Shown piece after piece: positions 21,076 to 33,700 of a stretch of 64,000 nt of DNA. The DNA comes from Barthelona sp. PCE (Eukaryota). Numbering within the stretch: position 1 is the stretch's first letter; every line of letters starts with the position of its first letter. Made by a program: the position numbers and the translations under genes. The notes under the pieces are model-generated. The model had not been told where the DNA came from. It saw only the letters and a program-made list of their open reading frames with translations, and searched no databases. The DNA lies in NCBI GenBank assembly GCA_040285745.1, contig JAUFOR010000003.1, forward strand, positions 62,001 to 126,000. Reading direction: 5' to 3'.

Positions 21076-21738
21076 TTAAGTTTCATTTGTGAAATGACCT
21101 AATAAAATATTTGAATTTTTAAAAACTGGGGTTGGACATATTTTTTTAACTTTTTTTAACTTTTTAACAAATTTTCCTCTTGAATTAATAACATATTCAT
21201 TATATTTCCTTTGTTTTTCATCGAATTTCTCCAAAAATTCTTTACGAGTTGCATCAAAAGACTCTATAAAATTATTATACTCTTGCAATTCTTCATTTGT
21301 TTTACGATCACACACTTCAAATAAAAAACTATGGTGAGATGCTTGTATGTTAAGATTTTGTACTTCTAACTCAAGATTAAGTGAATGATACAACTTCTTT
21401 GTTTTCTTCCTTAAACCTTCTACACGATCCATTAGCTTTGTTGAATATACAGAATTTTTTAACAGCTTTAGAAATTTCTCATCCTGCGCAACGACTTGTC
21501 CTCGCTTAATACTCTTTGCAAGTAAATCTGTTTTGGGAACAAGTGGTGCGCTTATTACATCATCAATGAGCTGTACAGATTCCATTGTCTGTGGTGTTTT
21601 TGCCTCCTGGTACTGCTGAAACATTGGGGATAGTAAGGGAGACTTGCTTGATTGTTCAGGTAAGAATTCAACTGAGAGATTGACATCTAGTTGACTAATT
21701 TGTGCATGTTTGTTCTCTAAATCTGTTGCTTTTGACAT
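21076..21738 (-). CDS. Hypothetical coiled-coil protein
   Basis: 220-aa ATG ORF with a charged helical C-terminal half; convergent with RME-8 (7-bp gap). Confidence 0.65.
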   Translation of the reverse strand: MSKATDLENKHAQISQLDVNLSVEFLPEQSSKSPLLSPMFQQYQEAKTPQTMESVQLIDDVISAPLVPKTDLLAKSIKRGQVVAQDEKFLKLLKNSVYSTKLMDRVEGLRKKTKKLYHSLNLELEVQNLNIQASHHSFLFEVCDRKTNEELQEYNNFIESFDATRKEFLEKFDEKQRKYNEYVINSRGKFVKKLKKVKKICPTPVFKNSNILLGHFTNET

Positions 21739-21937
21739 ACTATGTGGTTACTTAAGCCCATATACAAAAGGTATATGTGAATGGAAGGATATTTGAGAAT
21801 ACACTTCCTTTAAATTTTTGTGTGTTTAAGGCTAGTTAGGGGATTTCAATAAGGAAAAATAGCTATAACAACCTACAACTAACAGTTAACTGTTGTATTT
21901 AACTTTACTTTTTTCGTGTTGCAAACAAGTTTTTATT

Positions 21938-22333
21938 ATGCCTCTTGACCATAACATGGATGTTTACGGATTAGATTTTGCCAAACAAGTAGTTGAGGCC
22001 TTTTTGGCACAGTATAAATTGCCTACAGGAGAAAATTCCTTTCATTGCAGTTGGTGGAGCAAATATACACACAGAGACTATTGTGGAACAGGTATAATGC
22101 TTTTAGACAATTTAGATATGGCTATCTGTGAGATATATGATGGATATCCTTCCACCGTTTTATTTCAGGCACCCAAGGAAGATTTTATTGAGTTTTTATC
22201 CTTGCAAACGGACCATACCATGTCTAGATCGGACCCGACTAGTCCACTTTATTGTGAAACAGCATGGATGCGTAACAATCAAACAATAGAAAAAGCATTT
22301 CTTCAAACTTTGATAGAAGGTCAAAAAAAATAA
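21938..22333 (+). CDS. Small uncharacterised HRDYCG-motif protein, paralog A
   Basis: 131 aa from ATG 21938; aligns along its whole length with 22587..22946. Confidence 0.85.
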   Translation: MPLDHNMDVYGLDFAKQVVEAFLAQYKLPTGENSFHCSWWSKYTHRDYCGTGIMLLDNLDMAICEIYDGYPSTVLFQAPKEDFIEFLSLQTDHTMSRSDPTSPLYCETAWMRNNQTIEKAFLQTLIEGQKK

Positions 22334-22586
22334 CTCAATTGTAAACATGTATGATTCATCTGAAATATTATACAAGAAAATTAGCTGAATTAAATGGAGT
22401 AGAAAAAATTGTTTATGGAGGTTATGCATAACAAGTTTTTTTTACTCTTCTATACTTATAAATGAAGTTTTTTCCGGAATAAATGTGTATGATTCAGCTG
22501 TTCACGTTTCTAAAGTGAAAGGTGAGTGTTTGCTTTTTTTTTGACCCTTCACATTTTTAAATTTTTTAAAATCAAGATTTGCTGAA

Positions 22587-22946
22587 ATGTCAAGATACAA
22601 CAAAGAACATTATGGGATTGAATTCGCTACACAAGTGGTTGAACATTTTTTATCACTCGATGTGTCTGAGTGGAGCCCTTATGCCCACAGAGAGTACTGC
22701 GGTTGTGGATTAGTTAAGAAGCCCTACGGAAACATTGGTATTTCTAATTTCCTTGATGCCCGTTCATTTAGAACATTTGTTGAGCTTCCTAAACATGAGT
22801 TCATTGAGTTTTTGAGCAAACAGAGTGATGATACTATGTCCTTAACTGTTGTAGGAAACGCACTGTACAACTCTGACAAATTTGAGCAGGGTAATCAAGT
22901 TTTGAATCGTCAACTGCTTGATCAGTTCGTTAACAGCACCTCCTAA
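22587..22946 (+). CDS. Small uncharacterised HREYCG-motif protein, paralog B
   Basis: Shares YGxxFAxQVVExFL, WSxYxHR[DE]YCGxG, PKxxFIEFLSxQ[ST]DxTMS and NQ with paralog A. Confidence 0.85.
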   Translation: MSRYNKEHYGIEFATQVVEHFLSLDVSEWSPYAHREYCGCGLVKKPYGNIGISNFLDARSFRTFVELPKHEFIEFLSKQSDDTMSLTVVGNALYNSDKFEQGNQVLNRQLLDQFVNSTS

Positions 22947-23355
22947 TTGAATAGATTTTAAAGAAGGTGTTTGTTAGAATTAGGTTTTTGTGATCTTTGT
23001 GTGTGCGTGTTTATTATCTCATTTTAATACAGTAAACCCATTTGATATATATGTATCGGTTGTGATTGACAACAAGAATCCTTTGTTAAAAGAAATTCAA
23101 AAACTATTTAATTCTATCTAACCACTAGCATAAAATCAATGGAAAGCGGTTCCTATCGATCTAATAGTGTATTAACAGTACCTTTTGTCCTAAAAAAGCT
23201 AATGTTGATAGTTTCAATGTATTATTGTTCATTAAAATGACAAGACCACAATTTAGAGGACTAAAACCAACATATTACGAATATTATTCCCTCAAGCTAA
23301 CTCTGAAATGGAAGTCATAAGTTTCATCATTGTTTTATCATATATACTTTCTATC

Positions 23356-24765
23356 ATGTCGAAATCAGTATTAACAGTGATCGGTGGTGGGCCAGGGGGT
23401 TACGTGGCCGCACTGAGGGCAGCACAACTGGGATTTGACGTTAAGATAGTTGAAAAGCGTCCTACTTGGGGTGGTACTTGTTTAAACGAGGGTTGTATTC
23501 CTTCCAAGTCTTTGTTACACTCTTCCCACATATATGAAGATGCCACAAAGCACGGAAAGAATCATGGATTGTTTGTTTCTGATGCTCGTATGGATATTCC
23601 AATAATGCACAAACAGAAGAACACAGCTATTAATCAGCTGTCGACTGGTATTGAAATGCTCCTAAAGAAGGCAGGTGTTGAGTTTTACCATGCAAAAGGT
23701 GAATTTTTGGACAAAACTGGAAAGAATATTGGTATTGTTGATGAAAACGGCAACTCTAGCGTCTTAAAGACAGATAAGACCATCATAGCGACGGGTAGTG
23801 ATGCTAATACATTGCGTGGTATCCCTGTTGACGAGAAAGTTATTGTTACAAATAAGGGTGCGTTAGAGCTCAAAAAAGTTCCTCAAAGACTTCTAGTTGT
23901 TGGCGCTGGTGTCATAGGTCTTGAGCTAGGCTCAGTTTGGCGTCGCCTAGGAGCAAAAGTTGACGTTGTTGAATACCTTCCACGCATCACTCCTGGTATG
24001 GATTTGGAACTGAGCAAACAGCTGCAAAAATACCTCAAACGCCAGGGTATGAAATTTAAGCTGGGTACCAAGTTGTCTTCAGCTGATATTGATGTCGATG
24101 TCGCTCACTGTGTGCTTGAGAATGTCAAGTCGGGTAAACAGGAGGCAAAGACATACGACTGTGTTTTACTCGCTATTGGTCGCCATCCATTCACAAAGGG
24201 GCTTGGTGTTGAGACTGTGGGAGTGGAAATGGATAAGTGGGGTACCGTTCTTGTTGATAACGATTATCAAACTAATGTAGATGGTGTATACGCCATTGGT
24301 GATGTCATACCGGGTCCGATGCTCGCTCACAAGGCTGAAGACGAGGGCATGGTGTGTGTTGAGCGCATTTCAGGCATGAACAGCCACGTCAACTATGATG
24401 CTATTCCCAACATCATTTACACTCAGCCGGAATTTGCAGGTATTGGAAAGACAGAGGAGGAGCTTGTAGAGGAAGGCGTTGCGTTCAAGAAGGGCACATT
24501 CCTTATGAAGGCGAACAGTCGTGCCAAAGCCGTTAACCAACAAGATGGTATGATTAAGGTACTCTCCAGTGACGATGATCGTATTTTAGGATGCCATTTC
24601 CTGTCCACAAATGCAAGCGAGGCTGTTGCGGAAGCTGGGTTAGCTGTGCACCATAAGATGTCATTGAACGATGTCATTCACACTTGTCATGGTCATCCCA
24701 CCTTTAGTGAGGCTTTTAGGGAGGCAGTTATGGATATCAAAGGCGAAGCCATTCACAAATTGTAA
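23356..24765 (+). CDS. DLD: Dihydrolipoamide dehydrogenase (E3 / glycine cleavage L protein)
   Basis: VIGGGPGGYVAA, GGTCLNEGCIPSK redox disulfide, GAGVIGLELGSVW, GPMLAHKAEDEG, HGHPTFSE. Start at ATG 23356 preferred over 23308. Confidence 0.95.
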   Translation: MSKSVLTVIGGGPGGYVAALRAAQLGFDVKIVEKRPTWGGTCLNEGCIPSKSLLHSSHIYEDATKHGKNHGLFVSDARMDIPIMHKQKNTAINQLSTGIEMLLKKAGVEFYHAKGEFLDKTGKNIGIVDENGNSSVLKTDKTIIATGSDANTLRGIPVDEKVIVTNKGALELKKVPQRLLVVGAGVIGLELGSVWRRLGAKVDVVEYLPRITPGMDLELSKQLQKYLKRQGMKFKLGTKLSSADIDVDVAHCVLENVKSGKQEAKTYDCVLLAIGRHPFTKGLGVETVGVEMDKWGTVLVDNDYQTNVDGVYAIGDVIPGPMLAHKAEDEGMVCVERISGMNSHVNYDAIPNIIYTQPEFAGIGKTEEELVEEGVAFKKGTFLMKANSRAKAVNQQDGMIKVLSSDDDRILGCHFLSTNASEAVAEAGLAVHHKMSLNDVIHTCHGHPTFSEAFREAVMDIKGEAIHKL

Positions 24766-24833
24766 GTTACAGTAAAGATCCCTATTTAAACACGAACTCG
24801 AACAAAATGTGTTTTCCATTTTATTACTGATTT

Positions 24834-25331
24834 ATGATACCGAATAAGGTTAAGGCATCCGAGCATCTAGTTGACATACCATGTGAGGTAAATTCTTCAC
24901 CAATGGGGCAACTATTCATGTCAATAGATTTGCGGTTAACCTGCATCATCTTTTTCATATCATTGTGTACTTTGATACACGCACACATTAACAAAACAAG
25001 GTGGTACGGGGTGATTTTATGTACTGGGGTCTGCCTACTAAATTTTTTGAGATTGTTCATAGGATATAAAGCTAATCTTGGTGAATCATTGTTTATACTT
25101 GGTGTATTTATGATTTTTACCGTGTTTCCCGTTCTCCCTTTATGTATTGTAATATTTCCCCTGTCTCAATGGAATTATCCCTTAATTTATATTTCTTCCT
25201 TTACTTTGGGTGCAATAATGATTATCGAGTTGCTGATATCTGTGCTTACAGCGAGTAGAATTGCGTCATTCCATAGCCAACGCTATTTGCTTTTTATGGC
25301 TGCTCTCGAAAAGAAGGATAAAATTGAGTAA
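24834..25331 (+). CDS. TMEM17: Ciliary transition-zone membrane protein, TMEM17/TMEM216 family
   Basis: Four hydrophobic helices; VNSSPMGQL; LRLFIGYKANLGES matches the family RLYLGYxGNLxE motif. Confidence 0.7.
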   Translation: MIPNKVKASEHLVDIPCEVNSSPMGQLFMSIDLRLTCIIFFISLCTLIHAHINKTRWYGVILCTGVCLLNFLRLFIGYKANLGESLFILGVFMIFTVFPVLPLCIVIFPLSQWNYPLIYISSFTLGAIMIIELLISVLTASRIASFHSQRYLLFMAALEKKDKIE

Positions 25332-25642
25332 TTGTAGCTGAATATTTCTTCAATGATTCCGCTTTTGTTGATATTAATTGGAACATATTTTATGGGAGAA
25401 ATGATCTATTTCGCAGTTCAAAGATAACCTTGCATATGGTTTTGAGGAGCTAAAAAAGCAGCGTAATCAGTAGTGTAAAATCTAATGCTAAATCAAAGAG
25501 TTTGACGTTCTGGAACATCTAACAATCTGCTGCATACAATGTCATACAAGTTTATACCAAATTAACGTTTGAATTACAGTCTATTAATAAATAGCCCAAC
25601 CTTCATTGTTAAACGTTATTCAACCATTTCCATTTCACAACA

Positions 25643-27295
25643 ATGAAATTCGTTGGTGTATTACTTTGTCTCCTGATTGTAGCATCCGCTTCAGTCGTTA
25701 CTCTGGACGAGAAGTCCTTTGAAGAAACTATGGCAGCTCAAGAGTTTGCTTTAGTTAAATTCTACGCCCCTTGGTATGTTTTTTTGAACTTATAAGTACG
25801 GTCCTTTCACGTAAATATGTTTAGAGATTGAAATTGCATTTTTTTGAAATTTCTATTCTATGAGAATATTTATTGTGAAACACATTATAAGCACACTGGT
25901 AATTATCTTGAATATCTTACACTTAGGTGCACACACTGCAAAGCTCTCGCTGAGCCATTCACAAAGGCTGCCGAGACTCTTGAATCTTATAAGCACAAGA
26001 TGATCCTTGCTGAAGTCGATTGTGACGATCACGGTGAACTTTGTCAGAAATTTGAGGTCAAGGGCTACCCTACTGTTAAGCTTTTCCGTAATGGCGCTAT
26101 CTTTATGGATTATGAAGGTGGTAGAACTGAGCAAGATATCATTGCTTTCATGGATCGCTTTAACAAGCCTGTTGCTAAGCAGATCAAGAAAGAGGAAATC
26201 GAAACCATTGAGAACCTTCCTTTTACAGTATTTTATCTTAAGGAAGAGTCATTGTTTACCGACATCTCCAATGAAGTCGGACTTAAGATCTCTGAGATGG
26301 ATTTGTACGTTGTTACCATCACTGAAGGTGATGAAAAGGTTGTTGTTCACAAGAACGATGAGGAAGAGCCAATCTCTGAGCTCGTTCTCTCCGAGGACGA
26401 TTCCACCACCACCATCATGGAGTTCATTGGTGCTAACCGTCTTGGTTTAGTCATTGAACTGAACCAGAACACATTCCGTTCCATCTTTGTTCAAGATTCC
26501 CCCCTCATCTTTATGATGTTCCACGATCCAGCAACAGACTCCCTTGATGAGTTCATGGTCGCTTCACGTGCTCTCGCTAAGGAGAAGGGTCGTGGTATTG
26601 CCACATTCACAACAGTTGATGGTGTTATGTTCTCACGTTTCATGGAGAGACTTGGTCTCCCATCCCTCCCTGGTGTCGTCGCCCTTGACATTGGTAAGGA
26701 CAACGTCTTTATTAAGAAGGATGAGGAGCTCCTTCAGTGGATGAATGATGCTCTTGATAACAAACTCGACGCCAATGTTCGTTCCCAAGATGAGCCAGAA
26801 GAGCTTCGTGATGAGAATGGTGTTATCACCGTCGTTGGTACCTCATGGGAGAAGGTTATGGAGGGTGAGTTCCTGGAGAAGACCCGTGTCCTTATGGTTC
26901 ACGCTCCCTGGTGTTCCCACTGTCAGGAATTCAAGCCCATCTACAACAAGGTCGCACAAGACTTTGCTAACGCCGAGCTTCTTGCTGAATTCGAACTTGA
27001 GAAGGATGATATTGTCTTGGCTATGCTCGATGGTGATGGTAACGATATTCCTTCACCTCATGTGCAGATCACCTCATTCCCCACCATTTTTGTTTTCCCT
27101 AAGGGATCTGTTGAGCCCATTGCTTACCCCGAAGATAAGGACCGTACTGAGATCGATGTCATTGAGTATGCTCTTCAAAACCACAAGGGTTCTGAAGACT
27201 GGGATGATGAGGCTTTCCACAGAGCACTTCACAAGACTCTCCCTGCCATGTTCACCGAGGAGTCTGCCGAGGTTGAGGTTGAGGATCTTGCTTAA
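25643..27295 (+). CDS. PDI: Protein disulfide isomerase (a-b-b'-a'); exons 25643-25773 and 25927-27295
   Basis: The spliced N-terminus MKFVGVLLCLLIVASA|SVVTLDEKSF...LVKFYAPW|CTHCK restores the signal peptide and first active site. Second site HAPWCSHC; cis-Pro loops GYPT and SFPT. Confidence 0.92.
25774..25926 (+). other. Spliceosomal intron, 153 nt, phase 2 within the Trp codon of APWC
   Basis: TG|GTATGT...ATCTTACACTTAG|G TGC; removal rebuilds YAPWCTHC. Confidence 0.92.
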
Positions 27296-27740
27296 TGTGT
27301 TTGTTTTGTAATGCTTATTGCGTAATAAATAGTTGCATAGATTTGTTTCATTTATTTTCACTTTATAAATATTGTTTCCCATTGGGTAGTCAATTTGTTA
27401 TGTGGAAACCCTGTTAAAAATGCTCAAAACAAAAAATATCCAAAAAATGGAATCTTTAATGTTTGAGTCTTGGGATGAATTTGGAGCCATTGTAAAGAAA
27501 TTCTATACTATATCTACTACCATACTATGATATGGTACCTGATAAAGAAGTAGAAGAAAAGTTTTTTTTGTTTTTAACTGTATTTCGTTACTTGAATAAA
27601 AAATGCATCGGATCTAACTGGTTTTGCATGATATATACACACTATATGCAATGAAATATAAAAATACCTGTTCTTCTATTTTTAACCTTTATTCTTTTCA
27701 TTTTTTGGGAATCAAACTGCTTTTTTTGCTTTAATTGACG

Positions 27741-30700
27741 ATGAATATGCTAAAAATAATATTTTTAACCTTTTTGTTGCTACTTTTATCAAATGCAGCT
27801 CCAACTGCTTTAAATACAGTCTCTTTGGATTACTTTAACATTAAGCTAGATTTTGATGCGGACCAATGGGGTTACGTTAAGTTTACTTCCAATGCATCTG
27901 CTGCATGTACCCATTATGTAACTTTCACTGCTCAAGATGCTCCCTTCTTTAATCAAGAAACTGTTACCGAATATACTGTAACGGCCGGAACTACCCAATA
28001 TTTGTGGATCCCCTCATATTGGACTAGCCAGTCGTCATTCAATATGACAGGGTATGCGTCTCATGCCACAGAAGGAACTACATGTGGAGCGGAATACGAT
28101 TTCATCACTGGTAACATCTTAACTGAGAACGAAAGTATCCAGCAAGCCTGGAAATATTCGTTTGTAACTGGTTATACTGAGATGACAGCTCATCACAGTA
28201 TTGAGTATGAGTTTTCAATTCGAAGCGAGAGTTTTGGATCCATTCCATTGGTTGCCTACGAATACACTGATGAGGGTTTCAAGAACCCTCAGTCATTTAC
28301 TGCCACAAACAACACTGTGTACACCAAGACATTCTTTGCTTCAGATTATCTCATTGGTACACCAAAAATTGTTTTCTTTATCGACCGTACGTCCCACTCT
28401 ACTTCGAATATGGACTCATTTGAGGTTGAAAACGTTGTTGTTCGCAAATTTACTCAAGGTAGATTTGTAGATCTTGCTGTTGGTGTCAAACAAACAGTAT
28501 CTATTGCTTCTGATGAGGTCATTATGTTCAAAATTCCTCAAACAGAAGTTCCTAAAGGTTCTTACATGAACATTAGGATCAACGGTGTTGCAGTTACTTC
28601 CCTCGCCAACGTTCACTTGAGCAGGCGTGGATCATTGACATATGACGCATCTTCGGGAATGGACAATGTGTGGACTGATGGTAACTGGTTCAACAAGAAC
28701 ATATATAAGAAGGAAGTCGTTGATTATGCTCATCCGTTCAGTGGTGTGATGTACCTCCGCGTTGAGACAGCCGCTAGAGGAACTTTTAATATTCAGTTCT
28801 CTGTTATTAATGGTATCGATGAACCTCCAGCTCTTAAACCTGGTAAAACGGTTAATCTTGATATCAAAAAAGATACTTACAAGCACTTTACCTTTGAACC
28901 AAAGGATCTGATGGAGCACGAGTTCTATTTCATTAGAATTCTTTCCGCTGATAGTGGAATGGACATTAATGTTTATATTGCTGAAGGCGAGAATCTTGCC
29001 CCCCGAAACGATGAAAGTGATCATACCTCTATCTTTGATCCTACCGTCAAATCATTATCATTCACCACATCATCAATTGATGATCCCATCATTAACATTA
29101 ACCCTTGTCATTTCGACAGAACCAAGAAGTACTACTTCAGTGTTAGTGATGATGATACCAATTCAAACAGTGGTTATGTCATCAGTTTCGAATTGATCCA
29201 TGTTCCTCGAATTGATTTAAGCTCTGGTGTCAGCACTGTACTTCCTCGTATGCGTTCTGGTACTCAAATTCCTTTTGTTTTGGATCCTACAAAGATGAAT
29301 CCCAGTGATTTCTATAAGATCAGCTATGCTCTTTCTGGAAACTGGAAATATTATACTTCAAAGGAGCGTAACTGCGGTGCTTCTACTACTTTCTATGATC
29401 AGTATCATAGTTCGGAATTCCTTCCTGCTTGCGGGATGAGCAAATCTAAACTCTATGGTGTTGTTACTCTTACTAGTATTGCCGAACAGCCCACTATTGG
29501 TCTATATCATTTTACCAATAATATTCGTAAAGTTGAGTTTGGCAAGAAAATAAGCTTGGAGAATCTTCCAGATAAAATTCACAGAACAGTTTATTTTGAG
29601 CTTGATATTCCCAAAAATTTTGATGAGCTCAGAGACAAAATTTTTGTAACAAAATGGAGACGAGCAACCGCGCATTCGAATTCAATCTCTGTTACAGCTG
29701 GTGATTTATGCGTTGGATCATCTTCTTACACATTTACCACTAACGTAGAGCACATTCATTCTTTCAGAGATGATTTAGCTTATATACGTAAGGATGGAAA
29801 GTATTTTGTTAAGGTTTATTATCCCTCCAATGTAGATTTAGATGATGATGTTTCGGTGGAGTTTAAACTCAAAGGAACCAAGAAAATTGTTCTTGATGAG
29901 AACAAATCGTTGACGATCAGAGCTAACGAGGCAATGAACTATGAGATCCATGTTCCTTTCAAGCGCTCTGAAACATACAAGTCAACTTATGATACTATTC
30001 ATTTCGTTGGTCACAACAATATGAATGAGAATTTCTATTATATGGAAACTAATAAGGATGGTAAGCAGTTTTGGAACGGGCTTGATTACCGTTCATTGAG
30101 CCTCTTTAAATTTAGTGCTAATGGATACACTGTTAAGTCATTCCCCCCAACCTCTTCTTATAATGATCGGGTCATGAAGTATTACTACTTTTCCCAGACT
30201 GGATTTGTATACAACCGAGATATCGAGATTATTCGCAAGACATACACACCAATTAAGATTACTGATACTGTTCAGCACATTAAAAAGCCTTATGTAGCTG
30301 GTGGTCAATATCATTATGCATACCTAGAGCCAATGACTATCTCTGAAGAACAGTTTGTTCGTGTTAACTTCATCGCTGCAGATTCAGCAAGTTCCATCAC
30401 CTCCTATTGGTCCCATAACGGTTATTACGATAACAATAGATATGCTGGATCCGACACCTATGATTACATGAATGTGGCGGCCGATGACTTATCTGTTGAG
30501 TTTACTAAGAAGGAACTGGAGGAGCTGCGTTATGTTCGTCTTTTTTCTGATGGTGAAATTTCTATTTCATATGAAATTGTCACAAAATTCGCTGATGTTA
30601 TTCCCATTCCTAGTTCTGGTTATTCTACTCTAACAGCCGTTTATGATTACTCAACTAAACTTGAATTCGAGACCAATTCCACTCTTGACGATGGTAAGAT

Positions 30701-33700
30701 GTATCTACTCACTGCCAAGATCACCAGCATTGTTACCGCTACAACAGTTGCTAGTCGACCCACAACTTATTCACTCAATATTGAGTCTGCTGAGGTTGGT
30801 CGTACTTTTACTGTTTATGCTCAAGATAGTGCAATTGCAGAAGATGAAAAAACTCTATATTATGGCAACACAATTCTCGCTGGTGCTAAATTCCACGGTG
30901 AAAAAATGAAGTTTATCCTTCACACAGATTTGTCAAGAAAGCACATTAAAATTGCTTTCAAGTTGGAAGAAATTATTGTTGATGAAAATGTTAACATCAA
31001 CACTCAAGGTGAAGAACGTAGTGTTGGAAACAAACCTGTCATCTTTAAGTACGAAATTAAGAGCGACATCTATGTTGACTACGATTTTAATATCACTTCT
31101 AAGGGTGCGACAGGTCTTGATCTTGCTAATGACATTGTTATGTATGTTGATTACAACACATTGTACTTTGAGGATGACTCAGTCCATATTGCCAACAGCG
31201 ATGAGTTCACATTCAACCCAGTTGCCGACTACAGAACTCAGTATATGTACATTATGCTTGTTCCAGCATCCAGTTATGGTGCTATCACAAACGAAAGTGT
31301 TACTGCCACAGTTCTTCTCACTTTGGATGAGACTATTCAGTCAATGAATGAGCGTTCTGATAACACTGTCCTAACTATCGCTGATTCAAGCAAGGTATAC
31401 TGGATCAGATACACTATGCCTTCCTCTCTGACGGGTGACAACGCCCAACCCTTCAACATGCATATCAAGACTGTTAACACAGGTGCTAGGTTTGATTTCT
31501 ACGCTATCTTTAGCGAGAACCGTAAGTTTGATCCTACATCGAACGTTGCTGTTATTTTATCCGATAACGATGAAAATGTTTTTGATTTGTATGCTATTGA
31601 TTATGCACAGCTTCATGTTCAGGTGCCTGCTGAATACTACATCAAGGTAAGCTCTTTCACAAGCTGGGTTAGTACAGCAACTGTTTCTGTCGAACCTATT
31701 CCTCTCGTGAGCACCACTGCGCTTTCCCTTGATACACTTAACGCTGTTGCTAATGAGTATACTTACTCAGCTGATCGTGTGTTCAAGTACACTGGTAACT
31801 TCTCTGACTGCACTCACTTGTTCATCCACACAACTGAAACATTTACTGTTTCATCAATGTTGACTGGTGGAGTCACTGCATCTGCTATCACAACAACATC
31901 AGTTGATCGTATGTTTAAGGTTAGCGAGTTTGATGATACAGATACTGATGGTTTGGTGTTCTCTCGCTCATTTGCTGCTTCAGAGACTGCTTCCATCTAT
32001 TTTTCAAAGGTCAATCAGTTAGAGAAAACTCTCACTGCGGTTACTACAACCAATACCCATACACTTGACATTACTACAGGTAGTCTTTTCACAGATTTTG
32101 TGCATTTCACAGTTGAATGGCCTGCTGGTGTTATCCCCTCAACATTGACTTTCGAAACAAACGGAAAGACCTACTATGTATATCAATCTGAGCAATACGC
32201 TTCATCATCCAATATGGTACCACCCTCATGCGGTATTGGCTGTTATACTGTTTCTGATGGTTCGGATATTGAGTTCGATATGTCTGCATTGGTAACCGGT
32301 GATCCTTATATTGCTGGAAAGATGGAGTTCTACCTCGTTCCAAGCTGGAATTATGCGAACAAGGACGATACTGTCAACATGAAGGCAACCTTGGTTACTG
32401 TTGATGATGAGGTTGTTACTACAACTGAGAGCCAGTCAAGCACTACAGCTACTGCTGCATACCGCTACGTTAAGTGGGAATTCCCGAGTAGTATTGGTGC
32501 GAATGGTGCTGTATACATTGATTTTGCTAATGTTACTCTGACTTGTGATACTGATAAGATTGCTTCTCGCCTCATTTCAACATGGACAGACTCTTATTCC
32601 ACTTGGATGCGTTACCTGTATTACAACCCTTCATTGAACAAGGATACTCTTTCTGGTTCATACTGTTATTACAGAGGTTCGGTTGGTGAGTACGAGTCAA
32701 AGGTTATCAAGGTTGTTCCGATCAGCAACGTTGATGAGTTGGAACTGACATTGGATGATACAACCCCTGTTCGTATTGTTAAACCCACACTTGGCAAATT
32801 CGATGATATGAATCAGTACGTTAAGGCATCTGTTGTCAATTACGTTTCTACTAACAAAGACGATGGAGATATGAACGTTGTTCCTGCTCAATTCAATAGC
32901 GGTGTTTATGCTGTTGGATCACAGATTCACTTCTCATCAAACAGCATGGAAGCCAATATTGATCCTATTTCTCATGAAGACTTTTCCATTCTTATTTTCA
33001 GCACAGAGATGCCAACAACTTCAGATTTTTCTGTTCGCACTGAACTGAAGAACTTTACAAAGCTTTCCGGTATGAAACAGTTCGTTTGTAATTCATTGGA
33101 AATGGCTGATGATGAATGTAAGACTTACTGTAAGAGTTACCGTAACAAGATATACAGTAATACAGTATTCACAGAACCCAACGGTTATGTTGAACCTTCT
33201 GGTTTCCGTACTTTTTACATTAAACCTAACACTAACGATACCGCATGTCACATTGAGGTAAAGAGAACAAATGGAAATAACTTTGATGTGAAGGGACGAA
33301 TTACTGATATGAATGATTTGCACTTCTCACCTGCAGTTAACGATTGGTTACGTGTTTCACTCATTACTGTTAATCCTGAAGCTGAGATTTATGGCGCAGC
33401 ACCCATGCATTGGCGTACCATTTGTGATGGTAGTAACATTCAGCCAAAGGCTGACACATGCAAGTGTCATGTTGATGATTGTGAGGTTAAAATTACTGTC
33501 CCTCAACGCATTGGTTATCTCCAGGAGTTGAAGATGGAATCTGACAGCACGATTTCGTTCACAAAGTATCACCCTCAGTCTGGTCATACTATCAATATTG
33601 GTAACGGCGATTCTATTTATGAAGAACTTTACACTAATCATTTCAAGAGTACCGTTATGCCTATTTACGGCACTGTTCCTTACGGTGAGTCGGTTATGTG

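Noticed and set aside
21076-21738. Resemblance to BLOC-1 subunit 5
   Set aside because: Only generic coiled-coil similarity; no diagnostic motif.
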